A DNA stretch of 63,391 nucleotides, counting the filler, from Klebsormidium nitens (lineage: Eukaryota > Plantae > Klebsormidiophyceae): NCBI GenBank assembly GCA_000708835.1. It is 6 parts of 6 records of this genome, joined end to end, with 100 filler letters (N's around TTAATTAATTAA, not from the genome) between each part and the next. Parts side by side here need not be neighbours in the genome. Positions count along the whole stretch, not along the records: positions 1 to 22,251 come from DF237895.1; positions 22,352 to 29,462 come from DF238315.1; 4 more parts are not named here. One strand, written 5' to 3'. Position 1 is the first letter of the stretch. Every line of letters starts with the position of its first letter. Of this stretch, positions 12,801 through 24,019 are shown one piece after another. Made by a program: the position numbers and the translations under genes. The notes under the pieces are model-generated. The model worked only from the letters and a program-made list of their open reading frames with translations. It was not told where the DNA came from and made no database searches.

Positions 12801-15800
12801 GCCGTGTCTGTCGCCTGTTTCTAAGCGAGCTCCCCAGTCAGCAAGGGTGTAATCTTCCAAATCAAGCAAACAAATGTGTGTACCACCACTATGTCGTTTT
12901 CTACACACGCTTTGCAAATAAGGTCTTGGTTTTGACCAGAATCGCTTGGCTCTTTAGCCCTTCATCTTGGATGCGTTCATCTTGGGTCCATACACATGTA
13001 GGTGTATTTCATTTCCAGCTGAGAGGCATACATGTTCTGTACCTCTGAATCTCTTTAATTAAATTCAGTGTTCTCATTGGTTGGGAGGACTGCAGACGAA
13101 GCCTGCACACAACTTGATCACACGAAAGCCAACAAGTAACGCCACTGATACTCGGCCGTTCCCCTACGGAACGAGGTCTTCTTTCTGCCCAGATTGATTT
13201 TGAGGGTTTCAAAGGTGAAGCCAATTAGAAGGGTGCATCCCCCCGGGTGCCTCGATCCCAAACCTGGTGATACGGGAATGGAAAACTCACGCCTCTTCTT
13301 TGAGACTGCCTGTCGTACCAGCTGATTGATCGATCTGTAATCTCTTGCTGATTGGAGTCTCGCTTTTTCTGTCCATATTGATCTTGAGGGTTCCGAAGAG
13401 GAAGCCACTTGCAATAGTTACATTATTCCCCCGACTCCCCGATTTCTAACCGGGGGGACGCCGGAAACTCACGACCCTCCTTGAGACTGCCTGTCGGGGC
13501 CGCTGATTAGTTTTTGCCTCTCTTGCTGAATAAACGCCTTTCTCTTGTTGCCCAGATCGACTTCTGAAGAGGAAGCCACTTCCAACGGGTACATTCCCCC
13601 GGAGGCCCCGGTCCCGAACCGGCGGAACGCTGCAGACTTGCGACCCTGCCTGAGACTGGCCGTTGGTCCCACTAACTGAATACAGCTCTCGTGCTGATCG
13701 GAACTTCTCGCTCTCCTTGTCCAGATTGATTTCGAGGGCTCCGAAGAGGAAGCCACTTCCAATGGGTACATTCCCCCTGACGCCCCGATCCCTAACCGGG
13801 GGGACACCGGAAACGCACGCCCCTCCTTGAGACTGCCTATCGGGCCCGGTTGGACTTCCCCTGGAGAAGGATGGGACCCCCCGACCAGCGAGGGATCCCC
13901 TGGGCGCTCTGGCGCGGAAAACGGGTGGTCGTCGTTAGGGGAAGGCTGGGGGCAGCCGACCGGTTGGGATGAACCGGAGGGGAGGGTGGTGGACGGGCAG
14001 CCGCAGGGCAAGATGCCGACCCCGTATGAACGGGTAAGTGAACGAAGACACTGCAAAACAGAAGTAGGATCAGGAAAGCGTGGGGCTTTTCAAGATCGAG
14101 GGACCTCTCTGTACAATCATCTTTCTTGCGAGTTGGTGATTTTCCAAAATGATTAGACGTCTCCGTAGATTCCGTTGGTTGTGATCATTGTTATCGTTAC
14201 TTTGGAGAGGCTTTGTGGGGGTGGCTAAAACATGGAATCTTGTTGAACAGTTTTATGAGCTCAGAAGACAAAAAGTTTATTGCAAAACCTGGAAATGCGG
14301 TCAAATACGAAAGGTTGGCTGGTTTGGGTCGATGCAGCGCTTGATGTCATTGGCGAGGAAAACACCTATCTGCTGAAGCTCAATAATCGCCCGTCTCTGC
14401 GGCGCCCATTGAATGCCCACCATGATTCTCAGAACCTCGAAACATTTCAGCCCTTCATAAAAACCCTGTCGAAGAGATAGAGGCAGCACTATTCCTTTTT
14501 ACGTCAAGGTGGAGGCAGCGCTGAACTTCATTCGCGACCACCACCAAGCCGTTGCCTCGCTCGATCCCGACCATCACGCAGTCATTTTTGCCATTCCCCT
14601 GCAAATCCCCAGGACCCCGAACCTTGACATTGTAACTTTCCTCCTTTTCAGGTGGAGGCAGCGCTTGACTTCATTCGCGACTACCACCAGGCCGTTGCCT
14701 CGCTCGATCCCGACTACCACGCCACCGTGTTTGCCGCTCTCACGGAGAAGCTGCAGGACGCAATTCTCGCCCTTCAAATGGAGTTGAATCAGCACCTCGA
14801 CAGGATCACGCACGCTGCGTCGATTGATGAGCTCCCAGAGGTAAGGGACCGTTTCTCTGACGTATGTTTCCTCATCTTCGAAATTTCTGCTTTTAATCTC
14901 TCGTGTCTGATTCGCTGGTGTAGGCGAGTCGTGCTCTTGTCTATTCTGCATAGGCTTAGTCTCTCGCGTTACGATGGGTAACCCCGTTAGTTCTCTCGGC
15001 ACGGTTCTGCTGACATCACCAAGCTCGCTTCCCCCAGGGCTTGCTGACATCAGCGAAATGTTTCGTCCAGCTTTTTGCTGACGTCATCCGAACCCTGTTG
15101 TCCAGGGCTTTGCTGACATGACCAAGAGCATCCCCACAGTCGTGGCGTTGCTCGACCTCCCACCCCCCGTTCCCTCCGTGACCACTCAACGAAAAGAGAC
15201 AAACGCCGCTTGCGGGCGGCTCCGGATCACCACCATCGAAGCAATCCTTAGATTGGTGAGGACTTCTCTTAGAGGCAGAAAGAATGTCCTTAGGGTTCAA
15301 AGTGAGTGGTCCGCAAATGTCCGCCCGTACCGACTCTTTTATCTGCTCCCGGTTTTGATTGTTTGCTGTGGCGTGCTAAGAGCACCAAGACCGTTGGCGC
15401 TTACATGTTAGCGCTTGTCATGACAGCTTTCTTCTGAGGTCTCGAGACTAAACTTGGAAGCATGTAGTGAAGCTTGTTTCAGCAGTAGACACCGTTCGTT
15501 CGAGGGTATGAGACAAATCCAGTGAGAAATTCCTTCTTTCAGATTATTTCCCAAGTCCCCCCTCCTCGACGACCAGCTCGCACCCGCCAAAGTCACTGTC
15601 AAGGTCTTGGCTCTCTTCATCGCTCCCCTTGGAACATCTCGCGCGGTGCGGTTTAAATTATCCACTTCGAGACCAAATCCCGACACTCCAGAACATACGT
15701 TTATTCGTTTGCAGATCATTCCTGGGTCCCCCCTCCTCGACGACCAACTTGCCCCCACCAACGTCATTTCCAAGGTCTTGTCTTTCTTCCTCGACTTCCC

Positions 15801-17162
15801 GTGGAAAAACGCCTTGCACGGCTCCTTGAAACTCTTACCTCAAGATCATAATTTTACACTTCTGAACTTGCTTGCTTTATTTGCAGATCATTTCTGGGTC
15901 ACCTCTCCTCGACGATCAACTCGCCCCTACCAACTTCAGTTCCAAGGTGTTGGCTCTCTTCCTCGCCCCACTTGGCATAACGTCTTGCACGCCGCCGCTG
16001 AAAATATGCACTTTGAGACCAGAATCCCGACAATCCTGAAGACGCACCATCTTTCTGCAGATCATTCCCGGGTCCCCCCTTCTCGACGACCAACTCGCCC
16101 CTACCAACGTCATTTCCAAGGTGTTGGCTCTCTTCCTCGACTTCCCGTGGAACAACATCTTGCACGGCGCCGTCGGGCGGCTCTGCGCGCTCGTCGCGAC
16201 CCGGCCCGCGTCCCCGCTTTTCCACCAGCTTGTACGAAACGGGGATGCGGGGGCCGATCTCCCGGGAGTGTTGGCGCGGGTCGGAACAGAAAGCGCGGGG
16301 CTTCCGATGAGAGATCGAAAAGGGTGGGTTTTGTGGCGAGGGAGTGGGTAACGCAGTTGTGTTGACCTGGTTCAGCGGATAACGGTTCTTACTCTTGGAA
16401 GTATTTCATTTTAGATTTGCACTTTCCTAGCCGGTGTTTGCTTCAGTTCAAAGGCCAAACGTTCGGCCCACCCATTGCATCGCTAAAGTGTGTTTTGAAG
16501 CCACGCACAATGGCAACGCGCTCAGGGCCTGGTTTAGGGATCAGCACAGAACCCACATGTTTTGTCACGGGTATTTGACACTTGGCCCTAACCCTCTCCT
16601 CGAATGGTTTTTCGGTACCGTGGCCCAGCCTTTGAGCGGCGGAAGCTGCTTCTTAAAGCAGCACACGGAGAAACATGCAAAAGTAAGGCTTACCCACGCC
16701 ATATCTGGGTAGGATTCTGACGATGACTCTTGCCATCCACCTCTTACAGTTACTGCGGGCCAGCCAAAGGCAGTCCAAGCTTATTGCTGAAGCTTCATGT
16801 GAAAAGAAACCAACGCTCAAAAGTCTGCACGACCGTGCAAATCTTTGTCAACTCTCGAATATATCGTTGTCTCAGCGCTGACATTTGCCACCAAATTCTA
16901 CAGGTACTGCGGGCCAGCCATCAAGCTATCCAAGCTGATTGTCGAAGCCGCAGAAAAGGACAACGCGCTCCGATCCCTCCTGGACGCAAACGACGCCTGG
17001 TGTGAATACACCCGGCCCGGGGGGCCATTCACATCACTGGCGGCGGAGCAGGAAGGGGACCTGGGGGGTCCCCGACCGACTCCACTCCCAGCCGTTGAAT
17101 TGGCGCAGTTGGAGATCCCGACTCCTACCATGGAGAAACTACGGCAGCTTGTTGTCTCGTAA
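9846..17162 (+). CDS. Protein with acidic/Lys-rich N-terminus, RNI-like leucine-rich repeats and a C-terminal SAPS (PP6/SIT4 regulatory subunit)-like region; 9 exons, ~701 aa
   Basis: Frame-consistent exons 9846-10394, 10918-10997, 11474-11651, 12298-12426, 13725-14033, 14652-14840, 15106-15255, 16061-16323, 16904-17162; intron 2 is GC-AG. LRR: LSDALCANTAVTSVDLSHNQITDSGV and LIALDVRGNPLSDRG. SAPS-like: CGRLRITTIEAILRL, VLALFLDFPWNNILHGAV, RKGYCGPAIKLSKLI...DAWCEY. Confidence 0.8.
13140..13724 (+). repeat. Three degenerate ~170-185 bp tandem copies of the 3' splice site plus start of exon 5 (LRR-SAPS gene)
   Basis: Copies of (C)CAG|ATTGATTTCGAGGGCTCCGAAGAGGAAGCCACTTCCAATGGGTACATTCCCCC...CCTTGAGACTGCC start at 13193, 13377 and 13556; the real exon starts at 13725. 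Confidence 0.9.
14495..14595 (+). repeat. Intronic copy of the start of exon 6 (LRR-SAPS gene)
   Basis: GTGGAGGCAGCGCTGAACTTCATTCGCGACCACCACCAAGCCGTTGCCTCGCTCGATCCCGAC at 14509 versus GTGGAGGCAGCGCTTGACTTCATTCGCGACTACCACCAGGCCGTTGCCTCGCTCGATCCCGAC at 14652. Confidence 0.9.
15000..15105 (+). repeat. Three short (~33 bp period) copies of acceptor plus first codons of exon 7
   Basis: TGCTGACATCACC (15008), CAGGGCTTGCTGACATCAGC (15036) and CAGCTTTTTGCTGACGTCATC (15068) precede the real CAG|GGCTTTGCTGACATGACC (15106). Confidence 0.75.
15530..16060 (+). repeat. Three degenerate ~172 bp tandem copies of the 3' splice site plus start of exon 8
   Basis: AG|ATCATTCC(C/T)GGGTCCCCCCTCCTCGACGACCAACTCGCCCC..CCAACGTCATTTCCAAGGT.TTGGCTCTCTTCCTCGAC copies at 15543, 15715 and 15887; real exon at 16061 (periods 172, 172, 174). 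Confidence 0.92.
16740..16810 (+). repeat. Intronic copy of the start of exon 9
   Basis: ACAG|TTACTGCGGGCCAGCCAAAGGCAGTCCAAGCTTATTGCTGAAGC (16750) versus ACAG|GTACTGCGGGCCAGCCATCAAGCTATCCAAGCTGATTGTCGAAGC (16904). Confidence 0.85.
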
Positions 17163-19677
17163 GTTGCTCTTGAAAGAGCTGATGATTCGAGGTTATATGT
17201 CTGAGGTATGTTGGGGTTTTGTTCGCGCCTTGCTTGCTGCGAATTGGTTGAGGCGTTCTTTCTTGTTTCTGCTTTTTGGCTTGTTTCTTATCGTCATGTG
17301 GTCTTTTGTTCCGGCTCTCGAAAGGCCCTCCATCGGTCCGAAGGTGTGACCTTAGTGATGCAGTCTTTGATACATCAAGCAGTACTCAATTGGGGTCTTC
17401 TCCGTACGTTGGGGCCATCAAACTTTGATCGATTGGGTCTGTTCCGAGCTTTGGCCGTTCATCTTTTGTCTTGCATCGTCTTTCTTCGGCCCCACGAAGA
17501 CGACACTGAGGGCGCTGTTCATAGCCTCCACTCAAGGGGAAGAGAAAGTGAAGCACAAACGCGGAAGCAGATAGACTGATTCCAGATATGTATTCAGTGT
17601 ATCTACCACTTTTACATCATGCACCTTATTCTGCTCTTAATCATTGCCACGATGAGATGGTCTACCTTTTGCTTTCGTCGACGCCTCAGAACCTGAGCGC
17701 TTTCTGACTCCCTATGCAGGACCTACTCAAATGCATGGACAGGCCCTTTCGGTAAGAAGAAAGCATGAGTTGACCCTGCAGAACGGTAGTACAGTCAGGG
17801 ACAGAGGTTGAGCGGAAGACCCTCCAATCAGTCAAGGGTATCTTTCCTTCCGTGGGAGCATGTTGCTTCGGTTTTACTTAAGACTGCTCTTTGATCAAGC
17901 AGCACAGACTCCCATGATGGGAACGCACCGGTTGCACGGCGACTTGAATAAAATTTCTCCTTTCTGACGAACTCGGAAGTGCCCCGTTCTTGATCACATG
18001 AAATCAGGTGTCTGCTGTCAGCAATCATAGAAGGTCAAGAACTAGCTTGTCATAGCAGCGGACTGCCGTCAAGTTTACCTCCAAGAGTTGCATGGCGGGC
18101 ACGCGTGGCAAGACTTGGTTTAGCAACATCTGTGCGGAAGGATGGTGTACATTAACTTAGATTGAGGGTATGGTCCGGCTGCAAAAGTTACGGTCTAACT
18201 TATTCTGCAGCTTGTTACTTCTACGTGGCCAGCTTGAAAAGCGTTGGACTTTTTCGCATTGCTAGAATTACACCATGCATTGCAATGGTTTAGTGAACAT
18301 GTGAACCCATGTGCCCCGCGGTCAGATTGTCGACCAACAAAGCCGGGATCATTTGCAAATTTATCAGCAATTTGCAACGCTTCTGTATTATTACCATCAG
18401 CAAATGGATGAATTGGATAGACCACTTGTTGTGGGCCGACGGTCCGGTCACCGGGTATGTCCCAAACAATTCGCCCTGCTCAGGAAAGGCGGGTGACCAT
18501 ACAGACCTCGAGTTGAATGCTAGCTTGGAGGGGGACTCATCGGATGGTTCCGACGTCGATCATTGGTCAAAGATGTATATTCAAATTAATTGGGATTGCA
18601 ATCAGAGTCGCATTGATAGATACATTCAATCCGATCAAGCCTGAGCGCCTAAACTGCAGATCATATATTGCATACCATGCAGGCTAGCTAGCTAAAGCGC
18701 GGCTGGAATCATTTCGGACAGGCTTAGTACTGTTGGTAGCTATATAGCTAGCTAGCATATATGTGCAAGCTCAATTGGTAGCTAGCTCACATGGCTACCG
18801 TACCCGGCATGAGAGCTTAATTAGTATTATAAGCTAAGTAAGCTCGATCTGAGTCTGTACGCGTACGTACATGTATCATGAGGCCGGCGCCGCTATATGT
18901 GCCACCGTCACCGCGCCATGAGCTGGTTGCCAGCTCTGCGTTTAGTAACTTACTCGATCCGGATTGAATGCCATATAGTATCTTGATGTGATGAAGGATC
19001 CAAGCGATATGCATAACCGCGGACTGCATGCTAATCAAGCGTATGCACATGCCAGCCAGCCGAACGGGCCCCGGAAAGCCCGGACTTTACTGTCTAGCTA
19101 TGGCATCGCGGGGCACAACATTGTGCCATGCCCTATAGTGCGATCATTCAATCATTCTATTGACTTCACAAAACATCCTTGCCAAGTAGTTGTAATGCAT
19201 GTTGTGGCGCGGCCCTCGGATTCCCCATGAGCCCAGCTATCGATCCACCCACTCACAAGGTCGAGTCCGACGGGCTCCTAGATAAAGCCCCAACTGATCA
19301 AAGCGCGGCCACCCCGGGCATTACATACTCACTGATATCAAGCAGGCGGCCATATCTATTAAATACTCTGATATCACAATCATCGAATTGATTAGTACGG
19401 ATGGCAGAGCCGGCCCGAAGTCAGAGCCTCGAAGGGGCGGCCGGAACCAACCTGCCCGCAATTACGGTTCGTATTTCTAAACAGGCCGGGCACCAAGCCC
19501 GGCCCTGGCTCGGCTGAATCCCAAACTCTCAGTGTACACTGACCGGATCTCCCAACCTTCATTTGCGGTGAACTCACAGAAGTCTCGGTCTATGAACCTT
19601 CTTTCTACAGTAGCGAGCAATATTCTGGCAATGAGCCTGCCGGTACCTACAAACTGGAAGCTCGCAAGTGGGTCTAA

Positions 19678-21489
19678 TTAACACCCAACCTTGTCACTAA
19701 GTACAAATCCAAACAGGAATACAAATGCCAGGTCGCACGCAGCGAATATCCATACAACGGCTAACCAGTTGGCCTCTTGATACCTGCAAATCAGTCTGTC
19801 AAGACTTACGCTAGCTGATCCGACTAAGATGCTCACTAACATCATCAACAACCATACCTTGTTGGGGGCTAAAACCTTTACCTTGCCCCTTTCAATCGAA
19901 GTTTCGTCCGGACCTCGAAATTGCTTGTTTCTAAACCGCAGACCTGAGTGACCCGTTTGCATTCCTCCTTGAACAGACCTGTCCGGTGAACTTTGTTTCA
20001 AGCTAATATCCTCGTTTGAGTTGGAGGGTTCGTACTCTGACGCTCCTAGTATTTGACAATCTCTTGAGCAAAGTAGCCACAAGACAGCTATTCCCGCAAA
20101 CTGCATTGGTACGGCGTAAAACATCTCGCAAACAATCGAAACCCCAACCAGCTTAGCACCAGTAATGACACCTAGAGTACACCAGTATGTCAACTGTAAC
20201 AACCGCTTTGTCCGGGACAACCGATCATCAATGACCCCTTCGGTAGCTAAGCAACCAGCCACAATTGAGAGGCTAGAACAAGCCGTTCCAACCACATCCA
20301 ATATGTAGAAAGCGTGGAGCCTTCCAGGAAAGCAGTGGTACCCTATTGCGCCTGCGTTCATGACCCCAAAGAAGAAGAAACTAGAAGCCCAGGAAAACTG
20401 GCCCTGAAATTGGGGTCGTTTTAAAAGGGCCAGGCCCAAACCCCATCCGATGATGACCCCCAAGAATGCCACCACAAGTAGGACGGGCCAGCCAATCGAG
20501 AGTGACCGGTCAAAAACCTGGACAAAAAGACAGAGGGAATTGTTTAGAATCTGCTCGCGCTTTCGGGCCCTCTCCAGGCAAGATGAGAGCACATAAGATC
20601 TAAGCAGAGGGGAGTCACAAGAGCACACACTTCTTTGGTTGACTTTTTGCCAAGTGGTCAGACTTCAAGCGCGTTTCTCCAGACCTTCAAGAAACTCGTT
20701 TTAAGTGCTCACAACAGTACCGGCCGACATCGATTGCAGAATGAAAGCCCGACGGGCAGAACAGATGGACGAAAGTTTCGTGACTGGCGCCACTCTTGTT
20801 GATCCGGATTCAGCACAAGCACGTACCCAGTTTGATCAATCACCTCATTGCAGTAGTACACAGTTCACGAGCCCGAAAATACCAAACCGCACTTCAAAAA
20901 GGCTTCAGAAGTGGAACTTGACGCTCGTCGCAGACGTAAGCTTCTTTTGAAGCTCAACCAGATTGTCAGGGCGTATTCAATCCATATCACAGCGCTTAGG
21001 CCTGACTGAAAGTTTGAGAAAAAGAAGCAGTTCAAGTTCCAACAAAACGCAGCTGGCTCGCAGTTTCACTTCTTCCAGTTGTTTGATGGCAATTACTAAA
21101 CACCCTGTTTCCAAACCAGGTTCTGAGGGTCAAAACTCTGGTGAGACCAGCTGACGGAAGCTCAAACCCTAACCCTAATCTCCCCAATAACCTTTGCAGC
21201 TTCCAACATCTTGTTGAGGGACAATAATGGCATAAAACCATGCCTGCGACAGGGTTGCAGCAGGATTGTGCAGAGCCATTTCTCGAACTTGAGCAGCATC
21301 CCACTATTCTATCATTCTTGCCCATCTTCAAAAATGCTTGGTACTGACCTGAACGGTGACAAAGGGTTTCGGGCACAAAAGGGCCCCATAAGCTGGAAAC
21401 ACTCTATCCCACAGCCAGGGAAGCCAGTGGCGTGCAATCCGTATGGAGACGGGAAAGAAGTCCTGGGCCAGCTCTGCTGTACCAGACAT
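19678..21489 (-). CDS. Multi-pass membrane protein of unknown function, 2 exons, ~326 aa
   Basis: Exon 1 21489-21349 (MSGTAELAQDFFPVSIRIARHWLPWLWDRVFPAYGALLCPKPFVTVQ, donor GTCAGT) joins in phase 0 to exon 2 20517-19678 (VFDRSLSIGWPVLL...). About 7 hydrophobic segments, with a polar insert before the last two. Confidence 0.7.
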
Positions 21490-21720
21490 CCTCTTGCGAC
21501 GTCACCACCCGTATTCTAGTGGTGGCTCGGTTTTGTGCTTGAGCATTGGACGCTACGAGCTACGACAAACCAAACTCTATCGAGATGTAGAGGTGCTAAG
21601 ATTGCTCCCGGGAGCCGTCATTTGTTCTTCGCTCTGTTGCCAGCAAACGAGCTAATTGAAGAGCAGTGAAGACATCCGATTCTGAAAGCCGTCGGAAGGG
21701 ACTCAATACACTGGTGCTCA

Positions 21721-22215
21721 GGAGAGGGTTCACATTGGACTTTCGATCAACTTTTGCTTTGTTTTGAGATGTACCCAAATGACGTGTGATGACGTTGCAC
21801 CAGCGAGTTCCGAACTTGGGTTCACATTGGGAAAACCGCTGTCGAATGCATCACCAGTTCCGGCGGGAACCACGTGTTATCACGTGGATGTACAGAATGG
21901 TACACCTAGTACACTTTGACGTCATAACTTTCGGCCGAACTGCGTGAGGGTGAATCTGAGCCGCTCTATCGCTCAGTCGGACGTCATAATCGTAAAACAT
22001 GTTTTCGAAAGGCGGTCGGCGACCGCCTTTCGAAAACATGTTTTACGACCGGACATTTTGGTCCATTCTTCGATGCCGAAAGCTTTTTGATGTTCGTAAC
22101 TTTGACCGTTGGCAAAGCGCGTTCCGGACCATGACGTGTGCTTCCGGCATCGCAGTAACTCCGTGTTTTCGAAGGAGGATAATTTGTTCCGGAAAGTCCA
22201 ATGTGAACCCTCTCC
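21721..22215. mobile_element. MITE/foldback-like element with 24-bp terminal inverted repeats and a central perfect palindrome
   Basis: GGAGAGGGTTCACATTGGACTTTC (21721-21744) is the reverse complement of GAAAGTCCAATGTGAACCCTCTCC (22192-22215). A 29-bp perfect inverted repeat with a 1-nt spacer lies at 21990-22048. No coding capacity and no clear TSD. Confidence 0.6.
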
Positions 22216-22351
22216 AGTTCTGCTTGGGCAGACTCCCAGCAGACTAAGGGGNNNNNNNNNNNNNNNNNNNNNNNNNNNNNNNNNNNNNNNNNNNNTTAAT
22301 TAATTAANNNNNNNNNNNNNNNNNNNNNNNNNNNNNNNNNNNNNNNNNNNN

Positions 22352-23158
22352 TTCCGCTTCGTTCTCTGGTCGTATTGCCGCTTTATAGCTGAGGCTTTAG
22401 GGCAGACGTCACAATTCGACTTCTACACTATCCAGCACCCGGGGGAATGCAGCAAACCCCCAAGCCGTGTCAGTGACCCTCACCAAGAAAGAGTGGTGCG
22501 CGCCTGGGAGCAAGTCTGTTGGATTTCAATTGCTGCTTTCTTTGGGTTGGCAGTCCTCCGCCTGATTGGGTTGCTCTCGGGCAGATACTGGCAGGGTGCA
22601 AAAAGACCGGCACGTTGGCTGAGGGAGGTGCTTGACTTGAGTGACTACTATAGGCCTGACAGCGAGACGAACTGTGTCATGTTCTGGATAATCATCACAC
22701 CAATCGCCGGGATCCTCCTAGGCTTGTTCTTGTACAATTTTGTGCTCGGGGTGAAGCACTTCATCCCAGCGCATCTGCCCGATTCAGGTAGCCTGAACCA
22801 GGTTCTAGCATCCAGCGGTCACGATGTCAAACTCTACTGTTGCACGGTTCGAAAAACTTTTCAGGCTCTTGTAGGATTTGCAGAGAGCTGTGACCAGCTT
22901 CAAGGGTGGTTCTATCCCGATCTTCAAGTCCCTGAGACCCATACGAAGGCCGCTCGAAATGTCCTGGTTACCGTTCTCATGACGGTTGCTTCGGTACTTA
23001 CATTTGCGGCATGGACGTTTTTCGTGCTGCTCGTGCTATATTGCTGCTTCTTCTGCTGGCCGGAGTACGTTAGGAAAGGGTGCTACAAGGTAAAGAACAT
23101 ATTTGAAAGGCGCAAGGTTTTCAACCTCGAGATGCAGGCCCCTGCGGGATCAGTTTAG
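22352..23158 (+). CDS. Intronless membrane protein, unknown family, paralogue A (5' end lost at the gap)
   Basis: The frame is open from the gap. QFDFYTIQHPGECS, LPDSGSLNQVL...VKLYCCTVRKTFQALVGFAESCDQLQ and C-terminal EMQAPAGS are shared with paralogues B and C. Confidence 0.65.
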   Translation, partial: FRFVLWSYCRFIAEALGQTSQFDFYTIQHPGECSKPPSRVSDPHQERVVRAWEQVCWISIAAFFGLAVLRLIGLLSGRYWQGAKRPARWLREVLDLSDYYRPDSETNCVMFWIIITPIAGILLGLFLYNFVLGVKHFIPAHLPDSGSLNQVLASSGHDVKLYCCTVRKTFQALVGFAESCDQLQGWFYPDLQVPETHTKAARNVLVTVLMTVASVLTFAAWTFFVLLVLYCCFFCWPEYVRKGCYKVKNIFERRKVFNLEMQAPAGSV

Positions 23159-24019
23159 ATGGACAATGCGCTGCAAAATCGTTTGCATAAATGTTTCGTG
23201 CTCGATAAGGTATTCGATGCTATCAAGAAAAGACCCGAGTAGATCAAATGTATCGGTACAAACTCAAAGTGGGCTCATTTTGTACGAGCATAAGTTGCGG
23301 GGAGATAGTCCACATGTCTTTTGAGATTGAACGGTCTCAAAGCTGTGAAGACGGTTTGGAGACTAGTCTCTCAAAGAGTGGAGATTACTGAAATGCCAAT
23401 GGAAACTGAAATTCATAACATCGTTGACGGGACAATTCTGTTCACGTCCATAATATGCACCATGCCGATTGCTATATTGACATTGGATTCGTGGCCCGGG
23501 CTTGTGGCAATGGAAATCATGCGCCGCTGGTCTTGCATTCTAAAGCAATGCTATACTATCTATCACTGCGAATGGATGACGGCGCTCTTTCGAGCTTGAC
23601 CTCAGTTCCTTTATGTAACTGTCAGGAGCGGTTTGAATCTCCAAACTCCAATTGTGCAAACGCCTGAGTTTTTTGAGCTAGGCAGTCCTTTTACCATAGT
23701 TGAAAATCAACGAGGACGCATCATGCAACCGAACCCTTTGCTCTTCGCATCTGCGTTCCCTAAGTCGAGACACGCAAGCCTGACCCAGCACTTTCCTTTG
23801 TTGCCCGGCGGCATCAAACCGTGCACACCATTTCGAGGGTCCCCAAACTCCTACATCTGAGACGCTCCCGCTCCTACTAAGACACTCCCGCTCAACAGAC
23901 ATCTCCGAACATTAAACCCACCTTGTTCGCTGGTGTTCGTGCTGACCCTTCTGGATTTGCAGCGTGCCCGTTTTTGGGCCCTTGCTCTATCGGGCGTCCC
24001 AGTTGTTTCCGACAGGACG

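Noticed and set aside
13140-16060. Regularly spaced ~170-185 bp repeats as a CRISPR array or as mutually exclusive exons
   Set aside because: The units are diverged copies of splice acceptor plus exon start with no unique spacers or cas genes. They lack donor sites, so they cannot be cassette exons.
18195-18425. IHPFADGNN resembling the Fic motif HPFxDGNGR
   Set aside because: Lacks the catalytic GRxxR residues and the helical Fic context; short isolated frame, probably chance.
21164-21178. AAACCCTAACCCTAA telomere-like/telo-box motif (also TTAGGG words at 55485-55612)
   Set aside because: Too short to be an interstitial telomere; the 55.5-kb words belong to the duplicated upstream unit.
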